Shown here in pieces: positions 1 through 10,500 of a DNA stretch of 64,000 nucleotides. The stretch lies in the NCBI GenBank assembly GCA_963716175.1, contig OY970296.1:160001-224000 (forward strand). Reading direction: 5' to 3'. The position numbers and the translations under genes were made by a program. A model generated the notes under the pieces. That model was not told where the DNA came from and ran no database searches. It worked only from the letters and a program-made list of their open reading frames with translations. The DNA comes from an uncultured Armatimonadetes bacterium. Lineage in GTDB: Bacteria; Armatimonadota; Hebobacteria; Hebobacterales; Hebobacteraceae. Numbering within the stretch: the stretch's first letter is position 1; every line of letters begins with the position of its first letter.

Positions 1-621
1 CAGCAGAACCTAGACGCGGCGAATGCCAATGACGCCTGGAAGCGATCGCCCGTGGCCTTCGAGTCGTGTTGGGTGATGCAGCACTGGGCCGACGAAGGAT
101 GGGATATCGAGTTCATCTTCGGCGAGGCCCTGCGCTGGCACTGCTCCGTGTTCAACAACAAGTCATCGCCGGTGCCTCCGCGCTGGTGGAGCGCGAGCGA
201 AGCATTCATGAAGCGGATGGGGTACCGGTTGGTGCTGCGATCCATCACTCACCCTGCGCAGGTCGCGGCGGGCGCTTCGCTGCGGGTTGACAGTGAATGG
301 GACAACATCGGAGTGGCACCCCCGTACCGCAAGTACCTCCTCGCCTGGCAGCTCACGCCTGTCGGCCGGCGCTTGGGCAAGACGCCGGTGGAAGACGCCA
401 CCCATCCTGTCGACGTGACCACGTGGCTGCCCGGCAAGCATAACGTTAGCCCGGACCTGGCGGTGCCGAAGGACCTGACGCCTGGTCGCTATCGCCTCTC
501 GCTCGCGCTGCTCGATCCGTTCACACGCGAGCCGGCGGTGCAGCTTGCCATCGAGGGGCGGGATGCTCAGGGGTGGTACAACGTGACCGAGTTGGAGGTG
601 GCCGAGGCAAGAGCCGGTTAG
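1..621 (+). CDS. DUF4832-domain / glycoside hydrolase-like protein, C-terminal part (5' truncated by window)
   Basis: Frame is open from base 1 (QQNLDAANANDAWKRSPVAFE). Contains KRMGYRLVL...W.N.GVAPPY...WLPG and an Ig-like tail typical of DUF4832. Confidence 0.7.
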   Translation, partial: QQNLDAANANDAWKRSPVAFESCWVMQHWADEGWDIEFIFGEALRWHCSVFNNKSSPVPPRWWSASEAFMKRMGYRLVLRSITHPAQVAAGASLRVDSEWDNIGVAPPYRKYLLAWQLTPVGRRLGKTPVEDATHPVDVTTWLPGKHNVSPDLAVPKDLTPGRYRLSLALLDPFTREPAVQLAIEGRDAQGWYNVTELEVAEARAG

Positions 622-791
622 CACAGGTTTGAGTGGTGAGACGGCCTCAGACGCCGGGATGGGGATCGGCGGCCCAAGAGGGCATCCGGATCCCCCCGAA
701 AGCCTGGACCCAAGGGCGCGTTCCGCGGTGAGAGTCGCACAACATACAGCAGCGCCGAGGGGCAGGTCAGAGCATGTGGGAGGTACGGTCG

Positions 792-1779
792 ATGACGCAG
801 AGACGCGTGTTCGTGGCGCTTGTGCTGCTGATGGTCGTGCTTGCCATTCTCGTGCGGGCCCTCGACGGCCCTGCCCGAGTCAGCCCCGTCCCCGGCGGGA
901 GACTCCTTCACCTGGATTGCGGTGGCCGATCAGCTTGATGAGCCCGCCGAGGGCCTCGTTGAACGCATGGTCGCGGCGAAGCCGGCCTTCGTGGTCGGCG
1001 TCGGCGATCTGGTATTCGAGTCGAGGCCAGAGGAATTCCAGACCGTCAAGAAGCTCATGCTGGACCCGCTCGCCAAGGTTGGGGCCCGATTCTACCCGGT
1101 GGCGGGGAACCACGATTTCCCGGTCCGGCCGCACTGGTTCGAGTTCTGGGAGCCCCCGGCGAACACGCTCTACTACTCGTTCGACTACGGTAACTCGCAC
1201 TTCGTCATCCTCGACACGAACAAGGCCTGCCTCACGGAGGGAGGGAGGAGCGAAGACCAACACTATGATCCGGGCAGTGAAGAGTATGCGATGCAGACGC
1301 AGGCGGAGAGCTTCCAGCCGGGCAGTGCGCAGTATGAGTGGCTGGTGAAGGATCTTGCGGGGACGAAGAAAACGCACATCTTCGTGTTCTTCCACGAGCC
1401 GGCGTTCAGCTATGGCGGACATGATGGTAGTCCAGCCATCCAGCGAGTGCTCTGCCCGTTGTTTGAGCAGTACAAGGTCACGGCGGCGTTCTCGGGCCAT
1501 TCGCATGGCTACGAGCGATTAGTGCCCCTGCGCGTGGATTTCTCCTCAGGCAGCCCGGTGGCGGTTCCGGATGAGAGGAACGGGGTGGTCTATGTCGTGA
1601 CCGCAGGGGGTGGGAAGCAGCTCTATGACATAACATCGAACAAGCTGCACGCTGCCGTCGCGAAGGCCTTCCATTTCCTGCGCGTCGATGTGCAGGGCGA
1701 CAGCGCGAGATGCTTCGCGATAGAGGCGAAGACCGGGAAGGTGCTGGATTCCTTTGAGCTGAAGAGTCGGCGACACTAA
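792..1779 (+). CDS. Calcineurin-like metallophosphoesterase (purple acid phosphatase-like), probable lipoprotein; apparent frameshift near 848
   Basis: Motifs D, GDLV, GNHD, FFHEP and GHSHGYER in ORF 841..1779. SD GGGAGG plus ATG at 792 gives a signal peptide (MTQRRVFVALVLLMVVLAI) in another frame; a 1-nt deletion joins them as lipobox LAISC. Confidence 0.8.
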
Positions 1780-1879
1780 GGAGCTTCGCCGAATGAAGTA
1801 ACACGGCGAAGCTCAAGAAGCGGCCCACACAGGCATAGGGCGATGTTCGCACATTACTTCGTTGTGCGAACATCATTAG
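1776..1879 (+). repeat. Repeat family A copy 1 (104-bp double-hairpin MITE-like element)
   Basis: Hairpins GAGCTTCGCCG-loop-CGGCGAAGCTC and GATGTTCGCACA-loop-TGTGCGAACATC, TA at both ends. Homologous copies at 10241, 36064 and 41740. Confidence 0.9.
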
Positions 1880-1980
1880 TTGCCGGAGGGGGATATCGCA
1901 TCGAGGCGGCCAAGCAGGGCGCTCCTGTGGCACACGGAGGATGCGAGACAACGGGCCATCAGCCGCGCCCCTTGATGCGC

Positions 1981-2056
1981 CGGTGCCGGGTCCCAGAATC
2001 GAACTGGGGACGCCGCGATTCTCAGTCCCGCGCTCTACCACCTGAGCTAACCCGGC
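1981..2056 (-). tRNA. tRNA with Phe-type body but GAG anticodon (atypical or pseudo-tRNA)
   Basis: Minus strand reads GCCGGGT TA GCTC AGGTGGTA GAGC G CGGGA CTGAGAA TCGCG GCGTC CCCAG TTCGATT CTGGG ACCCGGC A CCG. Full cloverleaf, 5-nt variable loop, one G-G mismatch in the anticodon stem, CCG instead of CCA. Confidence 0.9.
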
Positions 2057-2177
2057 ACACAGTTTCCGTTCTTCAGTCAGGTAGGTTGGCGTCTGCTGTA
2101 AGCTCTACCATCTGACCTGACCCGCCACGCAGCTCGGCATCTTCGGTCGCTCGGAACCTCGGGCTCAGTGCGGCTCG

Positions 2178-2545
2178 ATGCCAGCGTCTCAGCGCCGTGA
2201 ACCCCGCCTCATCCTGGGGGACCCCCCATACCCAGGAACCCCCGTGCAGCGCTCTGGGGTCTGCCGCGGCTCTGCACGCCTCTCGCGCTTCACGAACAAA
2301 CGGCTGCTGCGAGCCGTTACGCAGGCGGCGCTGACAGCTGCGACCCACCACGCAGAGTCCCGACTCTACTACCAGAAGAAGCTGGCCGGCCGATCCGATC
2401 CGCGCACCAAGACTCTCGCCCTCATCGCGCTCGCGCGGCATCGCGCCCGGCGGCTCTACAAGGTACTGCGACGTGCGTCGTTACCGTCGGCGGAGGTCGC
2501 CGCGTAACGTGAGCAAGACCGCGTTGAGACAACTCTTGACTAAAC
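2178..2545 (+). mobile_element. IS110-family transposase C-terminal remnant and probable right end
   Basis: NKRLLRAVTQAA...RLYYQKK...ALIALARHRARRLYKVL resembles the IS110 C-terminus. It is followed by CTTGACTAAACAGAGAGT, similar to IS110 ends. The N-terminal DEDD domain is missing. Confidence 0.65.
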
Positions 2546-2595
2546 AGAGAGTCTTATAGAGACAGGACGGGTTAGCGAGGCCTGATGGCCGTGGG

Positions 2596-4539
2596 CTAGT
2601 GAGAGACGGCGAGGATGCGGAGGAGGAAGGAGGTGCAGATGAGAGTCACGGCGCTGCCTGTGATCATCCCCAGAAAGAAGGGGAGCGCACGGCGGTAAGC
2701 TCGCAGGCCGCCATACCGAAGCAGCAGTGCTTTCACGATCAGGGTGCCGATGACCGCGGGCATGATGGTGTCAATCACCCAGCCGCTGGCGAGAGGGAGG
2801 GCCACGGGGTGCAGCGGCCAGACCGGGAAGCGCAGCTTGAGCAGCATCAGCAGTCCACTGGCCCCAATGCCCACGGCTATGGCCGCAACGCCGGCCCAGT
2901 CCCCCCGGGTGGGAGCGCGCAGCCATTCGTCCAGCCTCTCGGCCGGGGCGCGAGCTGTCATCATGGATGCATGGACCGCGCCGGTTCCGAGACCGACGCG
3001 GTAGCCGACCTGGAGGTTGGCCCAGAAGTAGGCCAGCATCCCGACGGCGATGACGCCGGCCATCATCCAGGCGAGTCGGTTGGGCCGAGGGCCAAGACGC
3101 TCAGCCATCCGCAAGGCCTCGAGCTGTACCGGGGAGGGATTGAGCCCTTGATCGAGCATATACGGCCGCACCAGGGCCAGCATCCCCAGGGTGCGTGCGC
3201 TCAGAGCAGATGTGCCCGGGAACTCAGTGAGGACGAACTCCGGCATGACCCCTGACATGCCGTGGTAGGGGGGGCCAAGATGCGCCCGCATCCGCCCCAT
3301 CACCAGCCCCATGAGGAAGTAGAGCGACAGGAAGACCGGTATCACCGCCTGGCTCATCCCGGCGCGGGCGAAGAACCACCAAAGGAAGCCTAGCCCGCCG
3401 ATGGCACCGAGGACTGCGGTGCGATAGCTGAGCGCCTCCTCACTGTCGTCAGCATGAGAGCGCAGCCCGATTGCCTTTCGCAAGACCTGGAGCAGGTAGC
3501 GCCGATCAAGCCACAGCACGAAGCCGATGACCCCGAGGTAGCCTCCTATCGTCTGCTGATCGCCGTACGGGAAGCCTTCGTACGGGCTCACCATCCACCC
3601 CGTCAGCCGGGCCAGCACGTACTCGGCGCGCCAGACCAGGTTGAACAGGACCAGAGAGAATGCCAGGTCCACCGGCATAAGATAGGAAAGGCCGACGTAC
3701 CAGGGCTCCCAGCTCAACCAGGCATCTCGCAGACCATCCCAGGGGAAGCGATTGGCGATGAAGGGATCCAGGTTCACAACGACGGGAATGGCGGGAACCG
3801 CGGGCAAGAAGTCCGAGACCGTGTTCAGGATGAGAACGAAGGCCGAGCCAGAGAAGCCGAGCCAGAACAGACCACTTCGGAGTAGCTGAGTTCCGGGCTC
3901 GGTCAGGTTCAGGGGCAGTACGGTCATCGGGAACGGAAGCCGTTCCTCTTGGGACCATCGGCGGCGAACAATCAAGTTGAGACAAAGGGATACCCAGAGC
4001 AAAGCGGTCAGCCAGGCCGTCCACCATAGGGCGGGTTGGGCCCAGGCGAGAAGCACCTCCCGCCGGTAAGGGTTGGCCCCACCGATGTAGAAGCCCTCGA
4101 GGGCGCGGCGGTCGGTCACGATCAGCCAGGGCGGAAGGCTGGGCCACATCATTCGCTCCCAGCCATTGCCTGGGTTCGCGCCCCAGACCGGCCAGGTGAG
4201 GGACGGGGCCAATGCCGCGCCCCAGTCTGTGGGTGTGGCGCACAGGCATGTGCTGAGCGCAAGGGCCACATAGACCGCAATCAGCTCGCCAGGCGCGAAG
4301 GCCCACTTGGGTCTCAGGCGCTTCAGCGCCAGATTGGCCACAGCCAGAAGGAAGAGCCCGCACACGGCGGGTGTGGCCATGGAGCCGGCGAAGGCCCCCG
4401 AGCCCAGCAGCCAGTTGCCAGAGACGAGGAAGGTGACGTTGAGCGGCACGAACAGGAGGACCATGAGCAGACACCGGACACCGATGCCGGTACTGCGACC
4501 AGAGGCCCCCGAAGTGCATTGCGCACATGGCGCGGTCAT
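2596..4539 (-). CDS. DUF6785/DUF6784-like polytopic membrane protein (OPT-like permease), paralog 1
   Basis: 647 aa with many TM segments. Motifs RRRWSQEERLPFP, GFPYGDQQ, WPLHP and LLRYGGLR are shared with the other paralogs in the window. Confidence 0.8.
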   Translation of the reverse strand: MTAPCAQCTSGASGRSTGIGVRCLLMVLLFVPLNVTFLVSGNWLLGSGAFAGSMATPAVCGLFLLAVANLALKRLRPKWAFAPGELIAVYVALALSTCLCATPTDWGAALAPSLTWPVWGANPGNGWERMMWPSLPPWLIVTDRRALEGFYIGGANPYRREVLLAWAQPALWWTAWLTALLWVSLCLNLIVRRRWSQEERLPFPMTVLPLNLTEPGTQLLRSGLFWLGFSGSAFVLILNTVSDFLPAVPAIPVVVNLDPFIANRFPWDGLRDAWLSWEPWYVGLSYLMPVDLAFSLVLFNLVWRAEYVLARLTGWMVSPYEGFPYGDQQTIGGYLGVIGFVLWLDRRYLLQVLRKAIGLRSHADDSEEALSYRTAVLGAIGGLGFLWWFFARAGMSQAVIPVFLSLYFLMGLVMGRMRAHLGPPYHGMSGVMPEFVLTEFPGTSALSARTLGMLALVRPYMLDQGLNPSPVQLEALRMAERLGPRPNRLAWMMAGVIAVGMLAYFWANLQVGYRVGLGTGAVHASMMTARAPAERLDEWLRAPTRGDWAGVAAIAVGIGASGLLMLLKLRFPVWPLHPVALPLASGWVIDTIMPAVIGTLIVKALLLRYGGLRAYRRALPFFLGMITGSAVTLICTSFLLRILAVSH

Positions 4540-4612
4540 GGGATCCCCGACAGACTTCCACCTTCAGGCTCATCACTACCAGGCCAGGTGCTGGCTCGCG
4601 CCCGATGGCCGG

Positions 4613-7600
4613 TCAGTAGGCGGTCAGCAGTTCGGGATGCGTGAGCGCCAGGCTGAGTCTCCGTTCCATCTGGTCCACCATGTCTCTCTCGCAGACCAGG
4701 GCCAGCGCCGTCGCCCGGTCGGCATCGAACACGAGGTCAATGCGGTCGGCGCGGCTCGGCGCCACGACTTCAAACCTCCTCCAGTCACCATCCTGGAAGG
4801 CGCCGAAGCAGACGACCGGGTCCTGCCACTTCCGCTGCGTGAGCAGGGAGAGCCGCCCTGCTGCGAACGGCGCTATCAGCAGCGCTTCGCTTCCCCTGAT
4901 GTCGGCCCCGTCCAGGGAGAGCACCCCCGCCATGGCATCTCCTTCCAGGACCGGGACGCCGTCCACCTCCGAGCAGCCGCCTGTGAGGATAGAGACCAGG
5001 CGTCCGCCTGGCGCGACCGCGGCCAGCGCCGGGTAACGGTAGCCCTGGCGCAGGGACACCGAACCGGCCGCCGTGGGCACCCGCACCGTCAGGCAACCCT
5101 CACGCTTTGCTGCTGGGAATACCACGTGCACCGTGCCGCCGGCTTCGGTGGCCTGTGCCATCACGTGTATGTCAGGCTGGTTGGGAGTGACTGCGAGCGG
5201 CCCGGGAGCCGCCTCTGCTGCATGCAGCGCGTAGCTGTAGAGCCAACGCAACAGCTTCCGGTCCTCCTGATCGTTACTGAGTTCGGGGGCGTCCGTGACG
5301 TAGATGACCTGGCCCTTGCCGAGCCGATGGCGGAGCACCAGCGGGGTGCCATCCTCGCAGGCCAACAGCACTTGGGCCTTCCGCGGTCTCACCTGCACCG
5401 CGGGACGGACGGTGTAGGCAGCACCATCGGGGGCCTGCACTCGCCGCGCGGGAGTGAGGTCACGGGCCACTCCTTCCATGAGCTGGTGGACGACCTCGAC
5501 TCCGGCCAGCTTCGCCAGCCGACCTCCCCCCACCGGGTGCCGGAGCAGGTCGTAGTTCACGTGGCCGGTGAGGATCAGAGTGCCGCCGTGCTCCACCCAG
5601 GTGACCAACCGGCCGTAATCCTCCTCACGCACGGCTAAGGGGCAGGAGTAGAGCATCACCCGCGTCGCCTCTGGAAGCTCGTCCAAGTGCCAATCGTCCA
5701 CCACGTTGAAGTCGTAATGCAGGCCCATGAGGGCCTCAATCGCCCTCCACCGATAGGAGGCCTCGCAGTTGACCACTGGCTCGAATAGCCAGAAGGTCGC
5801 CGGACCTGGACCGTTGTTCCCCAGGCGGAGGCAGTCCCCCAACAGCAAGGAGAGCCGGGCCGGCTCGTACTTGGGTGCGAAGAACCGCCACATCAGGCTC
5901 AGGTTCCGATGCCAGACAGCGACGTCCTTGGGCACCGGCAGGTTGGGGTAGAACAGGCCCCAGGGAAACGCGCGGGTGTCATCATCGTGCAGGCACCAGG
6001 TCTGGATCTTGTAGGCCCCCAGGCCCAGTCCATAGGCGGCGGCGGCCATGAAGAGCTGCTGCAGTTGCTCTTGGCTGCGTCTGACATGGTAGTACTCGGC
6101 GCCGTTGTCGAGCTCGAAGGCGGGATGAGTCAGCGCTCCGTACTCGCCCAAGGAGACACCCTTCCCGCGGTAGCGAAGATCGTTGTAGCGGAGGGTCCAG
6201 GGTAATGTCTCGATGTCGCTACCCGGGCTGTCGAAGGCCTCGGCCCCGTGCAGGTCGTGGCCATCAATGGCCAGCCGGGCATCAATGTTGTTGTTGTTCG
6301 GCAAATGGTAATACTCGGAGATGATCGGATGGGCTGGGTCATGCTGGCGGAGGCTGGCGATGCTATGGGCCACCCACCGGTTCATGAGATACACGTTGAA
6401 CGCTTGGCGATCCACCTCCCGGGGATCGTCCCAGGCGCCGCTGTTGGGCGGCGGGAAAGACAGGTTGCCGAACTCGCCGTAGACCTGGCGTTCACCCCAG
6501 GCCTGCGCCAGGCCCTCCGCCGACCGATATCGCGCCAGGAGCCACTGGTTCCACAGCTTTGTCAGTGCCGGGGTATCGCGGTAGTCCAGCGAGAAGTCGC
6601 CGTTGGGATACCAGATCAGAGCCGGGAGATCGCCCAGCTCCTTGGCGTAGTCGGAGCACCACCGGCCTTGGGCCTCGAGCGCCTGCTGTGAGATGGCCAC
6701 ATTGGCGCCCACGTGCAGACCTGGCATGAACACCAGGTTGAGCTGCTGGCTCACCTCGCCCATGGCGGTGAACGCCCTTCGGTCGGCCTCTGTCAGCTTC
6801 TGGTCAGGGTGGTTGTACTGCAGGTTCTCGTTCAGATTGACGCCGTAGTCTCTCGCCGCGCTCAGGTACTGAAGCCATCGGTCTGGCCCCGTGCTGGGCG
6901 GGCGGTAGTCCGAAGCGTAGCTGTCGCTCCCGAACAGAAAGAGCGACCGGTCGCCGCACTGCAGGTAGTTGCCCCGGGCCTTCAGGGGCGCGGCCGCGTG
7001 GCGCAACTGGCGATCGGCGACCACGATGCCCTTCTCCGCCAAGTCCACTTGCTCGCCACCCGAGATCAGCCGGAACCGGAGGGTGAAGACGCCGCCGCGG
7101 TCGGTCTGCAAGGGCAGCTCGAACCGGGCTTCAGTGTGCCCGCCGGCATCCAGGCCGATGCCCGATGTCTGGCAGACCGACTGCTCGCCATTGGGGCTTG
7201 CCAACACCGCCTGCACTTCGCCCTGGAATGATCGCCAGCCGAAGTTCCTCACCGCGAGCTCTACCTTCACCGACTCACCCGGAGTGTAGTAGTGATACTG
7301 CGGCCGCGGGAACCCCAGGCTGACCCCCCGGAGCATATGCTTCACCAGACGGACGAAGCCCTGAGGGAAACCCGGGAGGGAGAGCAGGTCGAGGTTGGTG
7401 ACCCCGAAGTAGGCCCACGTGGAGCCGGCATAGTAGCCGGCGTAGTTGTACATGATGGCGCCGACCGGGCCGCGCAATCGGCGGTACCGGTCGTACCCCA
7501 GCAGCAAAGGAACCCACCGGCTGTTGTCGTTCCCGATGATCCCAGTCGCGGCCCATCCCTGGACCGCGCCCTCAAAGCCGAACCCTTCGAAGGGCCCTTG

Positions 7601-8839
7601 TCCAGGAGCGGTCTCCAGGCGGCTGACGCGCTTGAGTGGGTAGTCCGCGTCGAACACGCCAATCTGGTCCAGGCGGAACCGGATCGGCTCGTCCGGGATG
7701 CCGGTTGACGTGTTCATGACCTCGTAGGGAAGCCTGTGCTCGGTCACGTCAACCAGGTGGATGGCGTCGAACCAAGCGCGTCCGCTGGCGCGCAGCAGGC
7801 CGCACTTCACCATGACGAGGGCACCCTCGTCCGGACAGGTGAACTCGAAGCCGCGCGTCCACGGGTGATGCACATCGCGCCACCCGTCGCCGCCTTTGAG
7901 CTGACACGCGTCCTGGGCCCAGAGAAGGCGGCCGTCTGCGGTGTGGACCTCTGCCGCCACGAAGGCGTAGGCGCCGCTCACCTGTGAGGTCTTCACCTTC
8001 CCCCTGAGCCGGTAGGTGTGTCCTGGCACTATGGGGAGGTGTAGATACCAGGTGCGCTGGCCGATCTTGCCCATCCGGAGTTCCTCCGGGCTCACCCCTA
8101 CTTCCGCGCACCGCGCGCCCTGCACCGCGCCGCGCTCTGTGACCATGCATTTGTCATCGTCGCGATGCCACCGGCCGTCATCGGTCTGCCCGCCGACAGG
8201 GGCCTGGGCGGCCTGTTCGAACCCGCCGTCGGGCAACAGATTGCTTTCCCAGGACAGGGCGCGCTTGCGCTCCTGCTCGCGTGCGGCCAGCCAGGAGCGC
8301 CACTCCCGGCCCTCCCGCGTCAGCAGATTGTCGAATGCATAACCCCCCAGGCTCACGAAGTCGCCCCCGTCGTGGAGGAACTCTACGAAGGAGGCCCGCG
8401 CAGCTTCCGGAAAACTGGCCCCGTAGGGCAGGATCAGCAGATCCACCTTCCCCACGTTCAGTCTGGCGGGATTGGCCAGCTCGTCAGCGGATAGGAAGCA
8501 CGTCTCTACCCCAGCCTCTCCCAGCAGCCGGGCGATCTCCTCAGGATCTGAGGCCGCGCCTATGACAGGGAGCCGCGCCTCGCGGAAGATCGCCACCTGC
8601 TCGCCGCGCTCCATGCTGTGGGAACCCACCTCGGTCACCTCCTCGTAGCACTGCGCTTGGCTGCCTTGCACCAGAGTCCACCTGTCAAAGTCCGCTACGC
8701 CTTCGGTTCGGCAGCACCCAAGCCGAGGCGAGGTAGGGTTTCTGGCCCAACCGGCGTTCGTCGGTTGAAACGAGGCGGCACTCGCGTGAGGAAGAGCACC
8801 GAGTGCCGCCACTAGCCCCAATAACCACGGTATTCTCAC
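4613..8839 (-). CDS. Large secreted glycoside hydrolase (GH-A-like TIM barrel, CBM4/9-like module, beta-galactosidase trimerisation-like domain)
   Basis: Signal peptide ending ASA; NLLPDGGFE...AWFD CBM-like module; WL.ARY.S...L..AW GH42-like segment; LGEYG nucleophile-like motif; GKGQVIY tail. Confidence 0.65.
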   Translation of the reverse strand: MRIPWLLGLVAALGALPHASAASFQPTNAGWARNPTSPRLGCCRTEGVADFDRWTLVQGSQAQCYEEVTEVGSHSMERGEQVAIFREARLPVIGAASDPEEIARLLGEAGVETCFLSADELANPARLNVGKVDLLILPYGASFPEAARASFVEFLHDGGDFVSLGGYAFDNLLTREGREWRSWLAAREQERKRALSWESNLLPDGGFEQAAQAPVGGQTDDGRWHRDDDKCMVTERGAVQGARCAEVGVSPEELRMGKIGQRTWYLHLPIVPGHTYRLRGKVKTSQVSGAYAFVAAEVHTADGRLLWAQDACQLKGGDGWRDVHHPWTRGFEFTCPDEGALVMVKCGLLRASGRAWFDAIHLVDVTEHRLPYEVMNTSTGIPDEPIRFRLDQIGVFDADYPLKRVSRLETAPGQGPFEGFGFEGAVQGWAATGIIGNDNSRWVPLLLGYDRYRRLRGPVGAIMYNYAGYYAGSTWAYFGVTNLDLLSLPGFPQGFVRLVKHMLRGVSLGFPRPQYHYYTPGESVKVELAVRNFGWRSFQGEVQAVLASPNGEQSVCQTSGIGLDAGGHTEARFELPLQTDRGGVFTLRFRLISGGEQVDLAEKGIVVADRQLRHAAAPLKARGNYLQCGDRSLFLFGSDSYASDYRPPSTGPDRWLQYLSAARDYGVNLNENLQYNHPDQKLTEADRRAFTAMGEVSQQLNLVFMPGLHVGANVAISQQALEAQGRWCSDYAKELGDLPALIWYPNGDFSLDYRDTPALTKLWNQWLLARYRSAEGLAQAWGERQVYGEFGNLSFPPPNSGAWDDPREVDRQAFNVYLMNRWVAHSIASLRQHDPAHPIISEYYHLPNNNNIDARLAIDGHDLHGAEAFDSPGSDIETLPWTLRYNDLRYRGKGVSLGEYGALTHPAFELDNGAEYYHVRRSQEQLQQLFMAAAAYGLGLGAYKIQTWCLHDDDTRAFPWGLFYPNLPVPKDVAVWHRNLSLMWRFFAPKYEPARLSLLLGDCLRLGNNGPGPATFWLFEPVVNCEASYRWRAIEALMGLHYDFNVVDDWHLDELPEATRVMLYSCPLAVREEDYGRLVTWVEHGGTLILTGHVNYDLLRHPVGGGRLAKLAGVEVVHQLMEGVARDLTPARRVQAPDGAAYTVRPAVQVRPRKAQVLLACEDGTPLVLRHRLGKGQVIYVTDAPELSNDQEDRKLLRWLYSYALHAAEAAPGPLAVTPNQPDIHVMAQATEAGGTVHVVFPAAKREGCLTVRVPTAAGSVSLRQGYRYPALAAVAPGGRLVSILTGGCSEVDGVPVLEGDAMAGVLSLDGADIRGSEALLIAPFAAGRLSLLTQRKWQDPVVCFGAFQDGDWRRFEVVAPSRADRIDLVFDADRATALALVCERDMVDQMERRLSLALTHPELLTAY

Positions 8840-8980
8840 TGAAGCCCCATTCCGGGGTTCAGACCCAAGCGCCCGAGGGCCCTCCTCTGGTCCGGATGGA
8901 GGGGCCTGGTCCGGCTTGGCCTGCTCGCCCTGCTGACCGCGGCCGCGGGTGGGACTGGAGCGCGGACTGGCCGGGCGAGG

Positions 8981-9992
8981 CTACTGGAAGCCGAATACGT
9001 AACCGGCGCCGCGGAGCTTCCCGCCGCTTGGGTCCCAGGACCGCGGGGCGTTGGCGATGATGGCATCGGCCGCCATCCAGGCCGCGTGGCCATCCCCGAA
9101 GCCCAGGTTGCTGCCGCCCATGTGCCTGGTGAACGGCTTGCGGGTGGTGCTGTCGGTCCACCAGCTCCCGTTCAGCTTGGCCTCCTCGGCGACGCCACAG
9201 CTCTCGCCCTCCTCGCAGGTGGCCGCGCAGCACCCCGGCTCGCCGCCGCAATCGGGAAAGCACCTTTCTGGGAAGGCGATCAGACTGACCATCCAGACAT
9301 CAACCTGGGCCCCGCCGTCGCCGCACACCACAAACCAGGCGGGATCGTCAATCTGGGAGGTCTTCAGGTCATAGTTGGTGGTGGTGGCGATGCTCTGGTC
9401 GAAGGCCCCCGTCTCCCCTCCCGACTGCTTCTGCTGCCCGATGGAGTCGGTGACCGAGCCGCCCCAGCCAGGCGGCCAGGCGAAGCAGCAGGGGCCGCCA
9501 GGGCAGGTGGTGCTGGCCCCTGGGCCCCATTGGCCCTGAGTGGACACCAGGTACCCGAACCAGTCGGGGCCCGGGACGATCCAGCGCGTACCGTGAGTCA
9601 TTTCGCGCGCTTGGGCACCGCCACACATCCCGGTTTTTCACATACTCGTCCAGGATCACCGGCCAGCCCAGATATGGGTTGGGATGGGCGAGATTGTCCT
9701 GAAGGCAGCCGACGACAACCTCCGGCGGCGTGCCGCTCCCTGGTCCGGTGTCGAAGTAGGCGAGCACCTCGGCACGGTGCTCGCTGGGCGGGAAGGCGTC
9801 GTAGTCGCCAAGGTACAACTGCAGCGCCATGGCGATGTTCTTCACATTGGACAGGCACTGAATCTTGCGGGCCAACTCGCGCGCCCGCGCGAACACGGGA
9901 AACAGCATTGCCGCCAGGATCGCGATAATAGCGATCACCACCAGCAGCTCGATGAGGGTGAACCCCAATCTGCTTCGGCCTCGAGACATCAT
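8981..9992 (-). CDS. Prepilin-type N-terminal cleavage / H-X9-DG (DUF1559-like) protein 1; frameshift near 9602
   Basis: [25 protein letters not shown] in ORF 9369..10016 and [14 protein letters not shown] in ORF 8981..9628. Removing one base from the T3 run at 9601-9603 gives [16 protein letters not shown], collinear with paralog 2. Confidence 0.88.
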
Positions 9993-10079
9993 CTTGGGCC
10001 TCCTGTCTCTCTCCAAGCATCACCGTCTGTCAGTTCGGACAACAGGACAAGGCACGAGGGGGAGTGATCGGGCTTTCCT

Positions 10080-10088
10080 TCACCTCCT
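10080..10088 (-). promoter_or_regulatory. Start-less upstream SD (AGGAGGTGA) in leader of pilin-like gene 1
   Basis: Perfect anti-SD complement with no start codon at SD spacing. The same feature occurs in the other three pilin-like leaders. Confidence 0.55.
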
Positions 10089-10240
10089 CTCATTCGAAGC
10101 GGGCGTGCCCAGGCTTGATCGCCCACAGATGTGAGTATAGCCGGAACCCGCCCAGGAATCATTGCCAAAGCGCCCCTGTTAACCGCCCGTGGAACCGGCA
10201 TGAACGGCTTCCAGGCTCGTGCGGTGAATCCTTGTCCTCT

Positions 10241-10344
10241 CTAATGATGTTCGCACAACGAAGTACTGTGCGAACATCGCCCTGTGCCTGTCTGGGCCGC
10301 TTCTTGAGCTTCGCCGTGTTACTTCGTTCGGCGAAGCTCCTTAG
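10241..10344 (-). repeat. Repeat family A copy 2
   Basis: Reverse-complement copy of 1776..1879, same length, few substitutions. Confidence 0.9.
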
Positions 10345-10500
10345 ATGTGACGCGACTCCCAAGATAGGCCATTCTTGTAACTTCAAGATGAGACAGGCCA
10401 GCAGGCGAGTCTTGGGTGGGCCATGGGAGCGAAGAACCGCAGGCTGACGGAAGCCCAACCTGTCCCTGGCCATGCCACTGGCGAACCCGGTGACGATGGG

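Noticed and set aside
10178-10186. GTTAACCGC upstream of pilin genes 1 and 4 (also 51011-51019) as a LacI-type operator
   Set aside because: Only a half-site, in different orientation relative to the genes, and absent from the other two leaders.
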